DNA of 64,000 nt, taken from contig OZ037770.1 in the NCBI GenBank assembly GCA_964035545.1, positions 8,872,973 to 8,936,972 of the forward strand, read 5' to 3'. Below the pieces are notes generated by a model. The model was given only the letters and a program-made list of their open reading frames with translations, did no database searches and was not told the DNA's origin. The first letter of the stretch is position 1, and each line of letters opens with the position of its first letter. The DNA comes from Bugula neritina. Lineage: Eukaryota; Animalia; Bryozoa. Shown here piece after piece: positions 1 through 15,402 of this stretch. A program made the position numbers and the translations under genes.

Positions 1-541
1 TATAGCTTTACTGAAACTTGGTGAAATCAAGTTAATGTGGAAGCTTACTCTCTAATAGTGAAACATGACGTAGTGAATTAGTAAAGCTGACCACATAAAA
101 GCGGTCGATGAGAAAGCAGCCGATATAATTTAAAGCATTCTACAAGTACGTTATCTAATCGCCAAAATCATGATTAAATACCGGTATTTACAAGAAGTTT
201 TGTTCCTTTTGATTACTATTCTGTTATCGACAAGGTAAGTAAATGCAGTACAACAGTTTTGACCCATAACTTTTACAATGCAAAGCAACTCGGTGAAATT
301 TTAACTCGGCCAAGTTTAATTTTTGCAACTCAAGTGTTGAGAAAAAATTGATTGGGATTTAGCAGAGTGTTACAATGTCAACTATAGAGCTAGTGTCTTC
401 CTATAACTTTAGGTAAAAATGGCACAGGTAAAGATGGCACAGTTAATAATGGCACAGAATGCATTAATGGCACAAATGGAAAAGTAGGCAAAAACTGATG
501 TTAATTTTTCCCAAATCCCAAACCCAAACTCTCTATCCAAA

Positions 542-901
542 ACACACACACACACACGCACACACGCGCACACACACGCACACACACGCACACACACGCA
601 CACACACGCACACACACGCACACACACGCACACGCACGCACACACACGCACACACACGTGTGTGTGCGTGTGTGTGCGCGTGTGTGCGCGTGCGTGTGCG
701 TGCGTGTGCGTGTGTGTGCGTGCGTGTGCGTGCGTGTGCGTGCGTGTGCGTGCGTGTGCGTGCGTGTGCGTGCGTGTGCGTGCGTGTGTGTGCGTGTGTG
801 TGCGTGTGTGTGCGTGTGTGTGCGTGTGTGTGCGCGTGTGTGCGTGTGTGTGCGTGTGTGTGCGTGTGTGTGCGTGTGTGTGCGCGTGTGTGCGCGTGTG
901 T

Positions 902-945
<44 letters not shown>
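542..945. repeat. Compound CA/CG microsatellite that inverts to TG/CG at 657/658
   Basis: (CACACACG)n-like tract followed by (TGTGTGCG)n, (TGCG)n and (TG)n tracts. Confidence 0.95.
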
Positions 946-947
<2 letters not shown>

Positions 948-1826
948 TTGTATATATCAGCTCTAACGATTCTATTTACATGTAGTAGTCTATACATTCA
1001 ACAGGAGACGCAATAATTCTTAGTTGGAACTGCACTGATGGTTAATTTAAATTCTGCTAATGTGGCACTCAGATATGTTCATATTACATTATCAATTATA
1101 AATTACCATTGCAGTACTATAAATTGAGATACTTTAGCTATTAGTAGAATGCACTCTGCTACTACAATACTACTATATTATTATGTGATATTATATTATA
1201 TAATAATATTATATCATATTAAATTGTATAAGAACATGTTGTTACAGTATTACAACATAGCATTTTAAGATTTCATAGTTTTGGTATTAGGATAAAAAGT
1301 TTAATAAAATATAGAGTTGTTTTAAAGGCTACATCAGCATTCAGCATGAGTTGAAAAATTGTCAATCTCCTAGCTTTTTCATGCATTAGCAGTTTCCAAA
1401 ATTAAAATAAATAAAGATAGTTTTCAAAACAAGTAAAAAATGAAAAAATAATTAACTTTGAAGTAAATTAATATTCGTACTATTTAGCATTCTCCATCTA
1501 GATTTATCTGCCAAGTCTTTCAAATGATTCTTCAAAGACTCATTATGGTCTACTTCTAATGCCATCTTAGAGTTTTGAAGATAGTCTGTGTTTAAGTCCA
1601 AGTTGGAAACAGATTGCAAATTTTTCTGTTTGTCAGAGCTTGTAGAGGTTGAGGTAGAATGAAAGGGTATGGATATCAACAGATAACTGCAAAAACAAGA
1701 GAGCTATATATATATATAGATCTACAAAGTGGTTTGAAATTATTTTTTAAGCTCTAACTTCTAAAATTTAGAAACTTAGCAACCAACCCTATAACAAACA
1801 GCAGCCCAATTGATAGTTATCATATA

Positions 1827-2795
1827 GGGGAAACCTGGGTGATATGAACCACCCGGGTGATATGGACCATGCATGTTTTGCAGTATATTCAAGGTTACCA
1901 GAAAGTTGAAAAGTGTCTTATTCTCTAGAAATAGGAATATCTAACTTCCTGTCTACATATTTCAAACTTGTCTCTTTGTCTTAGAAAATAAAGACACATT
2001 TTCTCTTTTTGCTCATTTTCTTATAACTTTTCACAACTTTTGTGGATATATTTTCATTGAAAAAAATTACCTGAAGTAAGGGGCCTGTATCTACAGATAA
2101 TGTGTGGCAGGTATGTATAAATACCCAAATAGTATATATAATACTTGTCCACTCTCTGTGTGTAGGAAGTCAAAATTTTTGGTGACATGATTTCTGGGTG
2201 ATATGGACCGCCACTTGGGGGTGACATGGACCGTGGACCATATCACTCAGTAAATTAAATTTTTCTTTTCATATACTTGTTTGGACAAAAATAATACTAT
2301 TTCTCAAGTATTTCAAACAATGATGAAGCATTAAACCCCTAAATATTGATTAGAAAACATTATAGCTAGTTGCTGTAAAATGTGTGCTTGAAATATTCAT
2401 ACTCATGCAATGTATTTTGCATGCCAAGATATTCTTTCAAAAATATTTGAAATGCTTAGAGTTAGGAGGCACTAAAAGAAGCTGTTACACACTTATTTTA
2501 AATCTATTGTTTTAAGTTACTTTTTAACATAGCAAAATGTATTTTCAACACAAAAAAAGCTGACTTTATTTGACAGAATCTGCGGTGGCCCATATCACCC
2601 GAAATTTTAAAAAATCTCCAGGTGATATGGTCCACCAATTTTCAATTATAGCACAGTCAAGCATCTGTATAGGAGCTTCAAATTCTGTTTGTATGTCAGT
2701 AGAGATAGCACCCACATGTTGAAATACTTATTTTCAATCAACCATAGTCAGTCTGGGCTGTGGGCTTAAGTGGCCCATATCACCCAGGTTTCCCC
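1827..2795. mobile_element. Non-autonomous TIR element flanked by TA (Tc1/mariner-pogo-like MITE)
   Basis: TA|GGGGAAACCTGGGTGATATG...CATATCACCCAGGTTTCCCC|TA, with several internal GGTGATATGGACC-like subterminal repeats in both orientations and no ORF. Confidence 0.8.
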
Positions 2796-3919
2796 TAATA
2801 TAACTTTGGTTAAATTTAAACCAAACTGCTGAGCTTAAGATAACAATAAACATTCGCTTGAAAGTTTTGGGAAATTTATATGTATATGAGGATATCCTTC
2901 ATATTTTTGAACTTTTATCAAATACGGCAATATATAAAACACAAAACGAAATAAAATCAATATTTATTAGAATCTTAAAAAAGCATCAACAAGTATTTTA
3001 TGGTGTGTTTTTTGTGTAATAAATATGTTGCAAACATGAAACTTTATTAACATGGAACAGAGTGTTTTCAACATAACTTTAACCTGCTTGACATGAACAT
3101 ATTTTGTAAACCACTAGAAGTTTAATAATAAGCTTTAGCACAGATTGCACCATGTTTTGAGTTAGAATATATTGTGAAATTATTTAATCAATCTCTAGTT
3201 GTTAGGTGGCATACTACATTACATAACGACATAACATAACCCGCAACTGCATAATGCATTACTTTATTACATTACTACGCTTTTTGGTAGAACAGTCATT
3301 GAGATTTTTAACCACTTGCAAAGCATTCAAAGTCTTTACTTATATAAACAAGACTATATTAAAAGAATTAAAAACACTACACTAAACAGCTTTACAAAGC
3401 AAGAATATTGATAAGTAATACCAGACGAAGCATGTTGTCACAAGCAGTACTATTAGACTTCCCCGATTGCATTGTCGTAGGTCCATGAAGTGACTGAAGA
3501 TCAGAGACTAGACTTTATGTTTTCTAAGCTTCAACTAAATTTATTTTTCAAAGAATATGTGTCTCGGAAGGTGGTATATAAAAGGTGATTCACTCAGTAC
3601 TTGAACAATTCATAAATACTGGCTAACGCTTAGACTATGTCTGAGATTGATTGTACCCAAACAAATCAATTTCTAAATGCTTTATTCTCTTAAGGGTCAA
3701 CAATTTCTCTGAGAAGAATGAACAGTCTTTATTCATTTTGGTGATATAAGTTCATGAAGAGCCATTGCTACGCTTACGTAATGTTTGCAGCAGATAATTT
3801 ATATTCAAATATTCATTTCCCTTATATTATCATTAACAAATTTAAAATAATTCTTATTGAAGCTACAAGTGCTTATAGGCAGGCCTGCTGTCCATCTTTG
3901 TTGTGTGGGAAATAGGCAA

Positions 3920-3957
3920 TATATATATAGGCTATATATATACCCTATATATATAGG

Positions 3958-4015
<58 letters not shown>

Positions 4016-4024
4016 CCTATATAT
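3920..4024. repeat. (TA)n microsatellite with inverted TAGGC/GCCTA interruptions
   Basis: Read directly from the sequence. Confidence 0.9.
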
Positions 4025-4528
4025 CTTTATTCTTTTATTTTTTTATTTATTTGTTTACTCATGGCCATAACAGTACATGATATTTATATATAGCAACATC
4101 GCTAGCTGCAGCATGAGCTCAAAACTTACAAATAGCATAATGAAGAAAATAGGTCGCTGATTTGTATAGCACAAACAAAAGGAGAAGGCAACTCACAAAA
4201 ATGTCAAAAAATAGTAATTATAATCAATAACTCTTTAGTAAAATAATGTTGATATTTAGTATTTAATCAACAATCAATAAGTAACTGTTGTCTTTTGTAA
4301 CTATTCATGATATTGTATTTATTTCCTTCTTTGTAGTACTTAACTATAACCTAATTAAATCTGTCAAAATATCTTGGCTATAGTCCAAACAACATTTGGG
4401 AGTTGTCTACCAAACCACATTTATGTTATAATATAATTCCTCATAGATCTATAATTCATTAGCACGAGCATTTTACAAGCAATATCCCTGTTATATTATA
4501 ATATGTGTAATTGCTTGTTCATTTAAAA

Positions 4529-4862
4529 TGGAGCTGTCCAACAGGCGGCCCCAGGGCCAGATGTGGCCATCAGCCTACACTTAAGTGACCCTAAGAAGCA
4601 TAATAGGTAAAATGATTTGGCACATGTATATGAATTATGAGTGAGAAAACCACCTTTCAAATGTTTTATTTTTATAAAATTTATGCTAAAAAGATTATTA
4701 GTAATTGGTGGAACTTTATTGTGTAATGATTTATGGAAATTTTGAAGTAAAGCTAGTTAAAAAATATTGATGCTGTGGCCCTAGCTTATGCTAAATTTTC
4801 CAATGTAGCCCTCGCCATGAAATATTGCATTTTAGTGGCTATGAATAGGTTGGACAGCCTTA
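4529..4862. mobile_element. hAT-type MITE
   Basis: TIR cores GCTGTCCAAC / GTTGGACAGC; 8-bp flanks ATTTAAAA and ATTTAAGA; GCGGCCC/TGGCCC subterminal motifs. Confidence 0.7.
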
Positions 4863-5157
4863 ATTTAAGATACTCTCTCCTATGCATTTATTTGACCATG
4901 CGTTCCATCAACAATAATATCCATGATTTTAATGCAATAGAGTATACTTTATATGTAGTTGTACTGAACAAAAATGACACCATCAAAGTTAAGATGCATT
5001 TCAGTACAAAACACTCTATAATAATTTTGAACATGATCTAAAACTTTGTTTAAATATTCATTGTTGCAGTTTGCATTGATATTGAATTTTTGATATCAAT
5101 AGAGGCTATAGTCATTTGTTTTTGTACATTTGATATTATGTTTGTTTTAGCAAATTA

Positions 5158-5269
<112 letters not shown>

Positions 5270-5899
5270 AAATAATTTATGATATTTGTAAAATAATAAA
5301 ATTTCAAACTCAATATTTCGGGCACACACTGTTTATCCGTTTATTTTAGCTTATATATGAGTTAAATATTGTGGTTGCGTTTTATTTATTAGTGAACTGC
5401 ATCTTGAAACAATAATAAAGCTAAATAAAACATCGGCATAAATTTCCAATATCTGCAGCTACATCAGTGTATTCATCTGTACAGCATAACTAATATTACA
5501 AACATATAACTTGTTAATCTAATTTGGCTATGTTCTTTGAAGCATAGTTAGATCTTCAGTCGTACATTTGTTAGAACATAGAGTTATGCTCTCTCTTTAA
5601 TATAAATTGTCTCATTATTAAAAATGTTTAGGCAGTATAATACCAATATGCATTAGCAATTAGTTATAATGATTCAGAGATCAAGTAAATATGCTCAATA
5701 TTTTGCAGACTAAAATCTCTCTAATTATTACTAGTTATGTATTATTGCCCAATATTCTATAACCTTTCATTGCTTTTATTTAGTAAAAACCAAAATGGCA
5801 AAGAAATATTTTACAATGAGTAAGTGAAGTTGGCGCCTACAACTGTCAATAGCAGGTATTTCTATAGCTTTTACTTACCATATTAGACTTTTCATCGTA

Positions 5900-6117
5900 G
5901 GGAGCAGCCGTGGTCTAAGGGCTAGAGCATTTGCTGAGTAAACACAAAGGTTATGGGTTCAAGCCCTGATAAAAGCCATTGGTGATGTTAAGAAGAGCAT
6001 CCAGTCATAATTGCTCCTGTGCCCCATCTAAATAATTCCTTAGCCCCTTTAACAAAAACCCTTTCCATCAGGGGTTTTCTCACAGGGATAGCGACTATAA
6101 ACTCGTGTGAGTTTATT
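5900..6117 (+). mobile_element. tRNA-derived SINE, family 1
   Basis: A-box-like GTGGTCTAAGGG, B-box-like GGTTCAAGCCC, body GCCATTGGTGATGTTAAGAAGAGCATCCAGTCATAATTGCTCC and tail GACTATAAACT; shared with other copies in the window. Confidence 0.7.
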
Positions 6118-7995
6118 AGACTTTTTATCATATAATGCATCAATAGCTAGTCATGAGCTAAATAATCAACATAGTGGGATTTAGTTTAAACTAGTCACAG
6201 TATATAGTATATAGTGTGTGCAAGTAGTCCAAAGTCCAAGATCACAATTTATTCAGGGCTGTAAAAACATTATTATATTGTGCAGACATTGTCTGAACAC
6301 TTCTAATTTGAATGAGTAGCAAATGTTAAACTTCCCATAAGTTTGCCGTATCGACAGAATACTGTTTTACAGTATTCTGCAAAAATAACACAGAAAATTA
6401 CTTCAATCACAAATACAAAACCAAAAATCAACTGGCATCAAAATAACCAGGACACAGAACAGACTAGGTTTTTGAAAAAAAAGCCAAACAGCATCTAAAG
6501 TATATATAGTAACAGATTAGGTATATGGTGGATTTTTGTAGCCCAATTTAGCACATTTAATGTAGTTTTACTATAAAGTATGAAGTAAGAGCAGCTGTGC
6601 TTTACTAGTTGAAGCACAGGCTATACTAAATAAAAGTTAGTCATACCATCTCCAGTGAAAGTTATTAGTGATGTTAGGAAACAAATTCAGTCATAATTGT
6701 TGCTTTGTTACGTTACTATGTCTAAAGCAAAAGCCATTTGCAATAGTAATTCAGGAATTCTTACAGGGTTGTCAATTATAAACATGTAGCTTTTTGTGAA
6801 GTATGAAGCACAATGGCATGTGACAAAACTATTGCATGAAAAAAACTTGGGGAAAATGCAACAGAAAAACATTTTTTTTTTAAATCCAGCTTTTAGCAAT
6901 TTGCGTCATTCTGTGGAACTGAAGTAGATTAGTTTAATCTACTCAGTGTAATTAATCCCATCAGTTTAGTATTAGTTTATATTGGACTTAGCTGCTCCTT
7001 CCGCTAATTCCTTTTTAGGTTTATTTCAAAAGCTTAGAAATTAAACATCTAGTTTTAATACATCCTAATATGTCATTTTTAGCTTTAGAATTTTGATTTA
7101 GGCACCATTACGCTCCGACTAAATCATTAACGTTAAGCCGCAAACCTTCATTAATCTTTGCTAATTCCTTCATAACTTAGATTTACAGTCAGCTTAGCTT
7201 AAATATTTAACCTCGCCCATTCTAAACCTGAATTTTTCACTTAGTGGTACAGCTGCCATTTGACTTGTTCTAAGAATTTTTTTACTATTACAAATAGCTT
7301 TTGCTTTAGGCACAGTTGTAACAAATACATTGTAATATATTTGCAAAATACAATAAAATATACTTTTGTATTTTTTGCATTGCACACTCTCTTTAAATAT
7401 AAAGCAATATTGAGTATAATTTCTTTTTAAAATATATATATTACTGATTCTATGGCTTTAGAGATAAAAAAATTTGCTAGAAATTAAACTTATAACAGTT
7501 GAAAAGTAATTTTCTTAGTTTCAATAAAAATGAAGGTCAACAAAAGATTGAAACAATCGGATATCTAATATAAAACAATATTTATTTTGGAAGTCATGAG
7601 TTGAGAGCATCATTCTCAAAATAACATTTGGAATATGAAATCTACTACAAGCACCTGTCAGGCAGTGCCAGGTTGGGTTGGCCATGATGCCTTCATCAGT
7701 CAATGCTCTGCATTATTTAACATGCATCAGCACTACATAACCACTGTACTAGCTGTAGATTTTTAAGTGAAGGGTTTATTGTATATGATTAAGTTTAAAG
7801 AAAATTGAAATATAAAATTAAAATTCCATAAAAAATATGACAAAACTTGTAAACCGAAGTAATTTATACAATAAATATGAATATACAAAGAAATTCCCAT
7901 TGATAGTCAAGACATCTGCGCATGGTTGTTCAAACTAAGCCACAAATCCTAGGTCTTGTATTATACAGTTGCTGAGGTTTTAGAAGTTGTCTTAT

Positions 7996-9851
7996 CTACT
8001 TCTTTCTGAAGCCAAGGCCACTTTGAGTATCCCCAAATATCTTATCAGCCAGACTCAGCTGTCCCCTACCAGCTGACTTGGCATGAAGTTCTTCTTGTCC
8101 AAACTTCTGCGCTTTTTCTTGGCCACTTAGGAATGACTCAGCGCCAAACTTTAAAACATATTTTTATAGTTATTACTCTCTTTAGTGTATATGTTTCAAC
8201 ATGCACATGTCATCAAAACAGATGTGTCACCACACATACTTTACAGTAAAATATGTGTCTACATAAATATTTCAAGGTAGAAATATTGATGGCAAAACTT
8301 ACGTTCGCATTAAGGCCGCTGTCAACAAACAGATCTGTCGTGTCAAATGCTCCAAAGTGTTCAGCATTGGCAGCATCTATTCCGTTGTTCTCAATAATCT
8401 GGAAAGCACCATTATCCTTGAATCCTTCATTTGCATTGATTCTGAACGCCTGGTCACTGTGGGCTTCATCTTTGAAACTTAGAGCTGTGATAATAATAAT
8501 GATGGTAAAAATAAAATCATTTAACTAACTACAATGGTTGGTAATACTAGTACTAATACCTATTATCTTGTTTGATCGTTCAATTTGAAAACATTTATCA
8601 AATATTCAATTACCATCAAATAAAATGAAGGCAGGCATAAATCTTTCAATTAAGGCGTGACATAGACTGGCTAGCTTATGCATAATAATATAAGCTGAAA
8701 ATTGTACAAAACCTAATATATAATATATGTTGGTATACATTATATATAATAACTTCATGATAACATAATATAATGTATTGATTGAAATAAATATCATTTA
8801 ATAAAAGCTTATACGTATTATAATGAGGTAGCGTAAATATTGTATATAGCCCAGTATATAATATGAAGTAGTATAACATAAATACTGTTTGTAACCTCCA
8901 TTATAAAATAATAAAACATAAATATCATAGATACATGTAACTTAATATATAGATATATAGTACTTTTCAGGTTAAAAAGCATTATGTAAAAAATTATATA
9001 AAGATATAAATATATAATAAAATATTACAATATAGTGTAATAATACTATAACATAATATAATATAATGCAATATAATATGATAAAATATATATAGTATAA
9101 TGTATTAGTTGCAAGACCTTCAAATTACATAAAAGTTTAGGGATAAAACGAAACTGGGAGTTAAATTTTCTTTTCACCTGCAGTTTGAAATAAATATTTA
9201 TTATTCTAACTCAAGTCTAATAAATTTTGACTAACCTGTTGACTTTCCTCCTTTGTCACTGAGAGCTATGTTAGCATTTTGGAACTTAGCAGTGTTCCCA
9301 AGGACCTGTCCCTTACCATTGGAGAAGGCTCCCAACCTGCCCTTCTGGCCGGCTCTTACTCCTGCATTTCCTGATCCTTTCAATCGGTCAAATGCTTGCA
9401 GTTGCTGCAGGGAAATATGAATAGCTCGTTAGTCATTTTTTATATTAAAATTATAGTTTTTTATCTAAAAGTTTAGTCAAACATATAACTGCTTTCGCGT
9501 AAATTTGCTTTCAAAAACTATCAGCTGATAACCTTTTCATTTTGCTAAAAACTATATCTGTTTGAATGTTCAGATTTTCAAATAGAAATTTTTCTAGCAC
9601 GCAGTTTAAAGACGAACGGTTTCAGAGCTTTTAGTTTAAATAGAAACACTTACTTCTTGTTTCTGATCACCAGCTGCTAACTTAGATGCTCCTTGAAATG
9701 CCCCTTGACCAGAAGCAGCTAGACCTTTGTCAAACACCTCTTCTCCGACTATTTGAGATTGTTGGTTTATACCACCTCCTTGAAAGCCTCCAAGTTGTGC
9801 TTCTACACTACATAGTGCCAGTACCAGAGTGACCGCTATAAGGGGGTTCAT
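7996..9851 (-). CDS. Secreted mirror-symmetric family paralog A, 233 aa; coding exons 9851-9654, 9404-9236, 8484-8303, 8148-7996
   Basis: GT-AG introns with phases 0/1/0 and core exons of 169 and 182 nt. Signal peptide MNPLIAVTLVLALCSVEA|Q; ends ...SGLGFRKK*. Putative non-coding exon 1 ends at 10197, with TATATAAG at 10274-10267. Confidence 0.88.
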
Positions 9852-12800
9852 GATGGTGGAAATGCTGAAATGTAATGAAAATAGGTCCAATGCAAAACTC
9901 TAAAGTTTAAACAAAATAAACAATAATAATATAGTAGTTATGACTTTTTATATAACAGAGGTTGTTCTTCTAATGAATCTGTTACTTTAAAATTATAAAG
10001 GTAAAACGTTTTGGTTTCAACTTAGATTTAGTAAAAGAACACTAATGTTGGCAGTAAGTAGGTTTAGGAATATTAGAACACAGGCTAATTGAATAAACAA
10101 CTTGCATACATATTCATCCAATCACCACTGTACATTATTATAATAACAATAAAATACAAGCCTAAACCAGCTATTTATTAGCTATAAAATTTATACCTTT
10201 GATTCCAAGAGTCCAGCTCTTTGTGAACTACCTTAGTAAATAGTTGATGGGAAAGTGAGAAGTTGTCTTATATACTACGAGTGCTCTGAGAAGCAATCTC
10301 ACTGGATTAGTAGGAATGCATATTTGCTAAGCTATCACGTGACTAAGAAATAAACTATCAACTTATACATTAAACTGGCAAATAACAAACCTCACCTAAT
10401 CTTCACAAACCGCAGTAAACTAATGTAGTCTATGATTGAACAGATTTTATGTACGTTGGTCTTATTATGTTAAAACAGTAAATTGGAAGCTTCAACAGTG
10501 CCTGAAAAAGTTCTCATTTATTAATTGAGCATGTTTGGTAACATTTTCATTCTTATTATAGCAAATTATGGATTTGGATCTCCAGAAATTTGCATTATTA
10601 TAAAATACATAGTTGATGGAACAACTTAGACTTTAAATGCATTTTTATACTATGGAATTATTGTATTTTTTTGTCAAAGCATGACATTATGTTTCAATTG
10701 AATTCACGAGAATTTCCAACCTTTTTTAATACTAACATATTGGCTACAGAGAGCAGGTGTTGTAGGTCTACAAGTTATACAATATCACATCATTACAATT
10801 AGTTACATATTTACATAATATTTTAGTGATACATATACGTCAATAGCTGTAGTTCAGCCAGGGTATACTGTATTTGTTTATACAATTACTCGCTTATCAA
10901 GAAATTAAGTTGAGGCCTATAGCCTACATTATTTATTGGCTTTTCAAACTTTTAGTTCTAATAAAAACACTGCATCATAATATTTATGCTAGTATATAAT
11001 CACTATTAAAATTATTTTTTTACTTCCAAATGCCCATTATTGTATAATTATATTACTCCTTCAAGCTTCTGTTTGGAGTTGTGTTTTCATGAATTATTAC
11101 AACCCAATGGTAGATTATTGAGACTATGTTTACTTACTTTGATTACCATTACGGCCTGATAATAATATGATTTATCACAAATTACTTTATATTGGTTTAA
11201 AACTTTGAATTCATGTGGAATAATCCATTTTAATAGTTTTGTATTTTACTACTCACTTTTCTAAGAGTGAGTGCATTTCATATTGTAGCATTGAAACAAA
11301 GCAATGGGAAATTTTTACATGCACTAATACATAAAGCTTGCAAAAAGCAGAATATCTTCAAATGAAATGAAGATTAAAAGCGCTAGAGACCCATTTTAGG
11401 CAAATAAATCTGATGCACCTGAAATACAAAACATGGAGCAAATATATAAAAAGCTACGTCTGCAACGTTTGTGCTTTTATTCACTAATATTTCCATTAGG
11501 TATTGTTACCTAGTTTGTAAACATCTTTGATTTTTCTGAGCAATCTTTGGTCTTATATAAGATGCTGGTTTATAAAACTGAACCAAGAAACATTATATTT
11601 CCGGTGTAGGTTTAGTATGACTGGCTCTAAGAGGGATTAGTAAACTTCCTTAGCCCTGTCCTCACTTCACTGCTAAGTTTTCTTTAATCTTATTAACAGA
11701 AACCAACGACAGGAAGCTGTACGTAATTTATCTATTCTTGCACTTGATGCTGAAACTCTAAGCTAGATTTACACAAGCTAAGTTGGTTTAGGTGCTGCGA
11801 TTTCTCAGTAGCCATACATAGTGTAATGCATGGGTATAGCACACTGGCTTGTAAGTTAAATGACTGCTGCTAAGGCGGTAGTTTTTACATTAGTCATTGG
11901 CTAGCAACTTGTGTTTAGAAGTTCCCAAGTAAACTGAAAATGACTTAAGTGTTTTCATTATTATTTAGCCGAAAAAAAATTCTTTTTTTGACAGTTAGAA
12001 AACTGTATAAATACTGTCTAGGTAGTTTTCTTCCTGTGAAAGGCAACTCTAAAGAGTTGACAAACTTAGTGTAAAGATCTTGTTAGCTTATCAACAACTA
12101 ATTTTTAAGTAGTTGTTCATCATTGATGCAATAAATTGACTTCATCAGTTTGAAGAAGTCATAAGTAATAGAAAAAAATTCGCTTTAGATAATTATAAAT
12201 AATAAACTATATAGACATTTTAATTAAGTACGTAATTGACTTTATAATTATATTGTATATGTATATTTCTGTAATCCAGTCAGTTTTGATAGTTGAAGCT
12301 AACGAAATTATGCTTCTGCATTTTCAATATCATGTTTTTAAAACAACATATCAACTTAACAAAATAAAAAAAGGTTTTTAAATTGTTTCAGAACAATTGT
12401 ATTAATATTTTTGTAAAAGTAATTTTACAATTGATTCTAAAATACCGAAACATTGAATATAACTCTGATATTATTTTATGTACTCCATCACTGAGCTACT
12501 TAGAGAGGATTATTTTGGATACAGAATTGACTTCATTATGGACAAATGATGACATACATTTATTATGACAAAAATATAAAGAGATTTTGTTTTGCCTAAT
12601 TATAGCTAAAATCATTCAGGTGTGGGAACTGATGTAAAATCTGATTTTTTTTGCTTCTTTATTATTCAGCATATTTTCTTTTTTTTTATTGATAATTCAA
12701 GACCTGATGCAAACATTCATTAGAAGTTTTTTAATTATCAATTTTTTTTAGATTTTACAGAAAGTAAATCAAAGAATCTTCTCCAGTTCTTATCAAACTG

Positions 12801-15402
12801 GAAACTTTATTCAAACTCTTTGTGTAAAAATTACGCAATCTATATAGTTAAATTACTTTATCAAATATTTTTATAAATTGCCTATAATTTTAAAATTAGA
12901 AATTGTATGTAAAAATGTTGCACACAGTTTAATCATGCTTGCAAGCAACTAAATGCTATTTCTCTCTTAAACAATGTTGTTCAACAATAATTCATCTTTT
13001 TAATTGTATACAATGGTATAAAAAGATGGGCAATGCTGTAGAAAAATGTAAAACAGTAGTGACTCAAAGCAAATGCGTAGCCAAAGATGCTGAAAAGGAG
13101 CAAAATATAAACGAAAGGTTTATAGAATTCAATGAGTTTAAATCTATGGCCCTATATATTACATATACAGTGAAGGTGTCTTATAACAAAGTATTTTATT
13201 TAGGTTATTATCAATATACAAGCTAAAATGGCTATCATAATAAGTCAGTAAAATTGTCAAAACTCAAACATGCTGATACTTTTCCAGACTTAAAAACTGG
13301 CCCATATTCCTTTGTTTTAATAAAACTAATAACAAACTACAATTTGCTATTAACTGTGTCTATATTTTTTAATTACTAGTAACTAGATTATGCTGTTATG
13401 CTCCAGACAGCAGCTAATCTGTGTAAGTAAAATAGGATCAGATGATTCATGTTTTGAGATTGGGAAGATGAAGTTACTGAAGAAATCATTATCTCTCTAA
13501 AGTATCACAATGTATACTTTAGGAATATTAATATGATTATGTGTAGGTATAACTCAGTAATTTAAGAATCAGCTCTTAGGATTAACTTAAGTTTTTCAGT
13601 ATAATTTTCAGCAAGATGAATCAGCATATTATAAAAACACTGAGAGAAACCACTAGCTGAGTTCTCTATATAGTTCAGTAAAGAAAATCTTCCTCACTTA
13701 GGAATGGTGCCTGAATGCTAGCCGGCGTGGTAAATCCCAGAAGCTAAATGGGAAAAGTAATTCAAGGAACTCGGTCTTTGAACAAACATGGCATATGGTT
13801 CAACTAGAATTGACATTTTAAAAGCATTTAAAAACATTTACTTTTTAACTAATCGGGATGCCCAAACCACTTAACAAGACAGCAATACAGACCATGCTAG
13901 GGGGAAAAACATAGTATAACTGTAGGAGCAGCTTGTAGGGATAAATAAGTTGTTTTCACGTTAAATTACTCCAATATGTTTACAGTCATCCCATGTAGAA
14001 TGCGAAGGTAAAATATTGGCTTTTTTCCAAAATAGTTAATCTAGACAAGTGATATAAATGGCGAGCAATAAAAGCTATTAATAGTTCAAATTGCAAGGTG
14101 TATACTCTGAGAATTTTGTTTTTCAGGTGAGCAAATAAGAGTTTAGTTTTGTCTATAAGAATATCTAAAGTGAGCAACTTCCTTGATGGTGAAATTTATT
14201 ATGTAATAAGAGTCCATGCATACTCAATTTTTTTTAGATCAACAAAATAAAGAAACTGCCATTTCCACCTAATAATACACAAATGTTTAGTGACTCTACT
14301 ATAGCTTATTTTTAGCTCATGTTTAATAATGCAAGCCTTTTTGAGTTTCTTCAAGTCCTGTTGTTGTAACTAGAAGGCTAGTAGTCAGGCTTAAGAGACC
14401 TGCGCAGTTCTTTAACGAACTTGGTGTCGTGGTTTCATAACTAAGGAATTAAAATTTAGAATTGGCTGTCCCCCTCTGTATAGAGTATAGCTTTCTTAGA
14501 GATAATCATGAGGAAGTCATAAATTATCTACTGAACCCACCGTCAACAACTTAATTGACTATTTCAAACAGTGTACTGTGCAACCTTAATATTTAGCTTT
14601 TTATTTGCGAACAGCAGTTTTAAAATCATTGCAATATCAGCAAGCTTGTGGTATCAAAACAGTCTATGTTTACTATAGCAAGGAAGAATACTTGCTGTTA
14701 TTTCAATCAACTAATGATCGTGTCAACAAAGTAAAGGGATTGTAGTGTTTTAAGCTGCAATCAGCCATTTCTTTATATCAGCTAGTAAAGGTATACATTA
14801 GCTGAAGCACTGCGGTTATTGGGGAATATGCAGTAAGAAGATTTATTATATCCGCACCATGATCTCATCAGCTATGATTAGCAGCCTACTTATTGGATTA
14901 AGGTTCCTTGTCCATGAAAATACTTAAAATATCCTCCCTACGATAGAGAAACAGAGCTAGCTTGTCAAAACCAGAAGAAAGTCGCACAGCAGGTAGGTTT
15001 CAAGAGTTTTTTTTATTTTTAGTCTCATTATTTTTAACGTGAAATATAAGATGCATGAAATAATACTGGAACATTTTATAAATCAAATATATTCGCAGAC
15101 ATTTAGGTCTATTATGAGTGAAATTCAAAAACATGGTAAAATAAATTTGGAGTTTTTTATACATGATGCTATAGATAGCGTAGCCACTTTTTGTGTTAAA
15201 CCATTAGATGCTTATTTATTTTCAATTTTGATCAAATGAAGTTTATTAGATACTATCTCATATTTTATAAACCCACAGCACTAGTCACTGCACGTATCAC
15301 AATAATTATTACAATATGCCGTTATTGCTGTTCTTCTATATACTTATATAGTTGCATTAAACCGTGGCAAAAATGTTTTGTTGCAGGTAAAACATTTGGA
15401 GA

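Noticed and set aside
100-241. CpG-containing stretch ending in a strong donor AAG|GTAAGT
   Set aside because: Possibly a first exon, but no downstream exon could be linked to it.
409-1016. Several overlapping ORFs of HT/RT or CV/CA repeats
   Set aside because: They are translations of the stop-free microsatellite and not plausible genes.
1452-1686. Minus-strand ORF preceded by a good acceptor (TTTTTGCAG)
   Set aside because: It could be an exon of a flanking gene, but I see no recognisable homology or partner exons.
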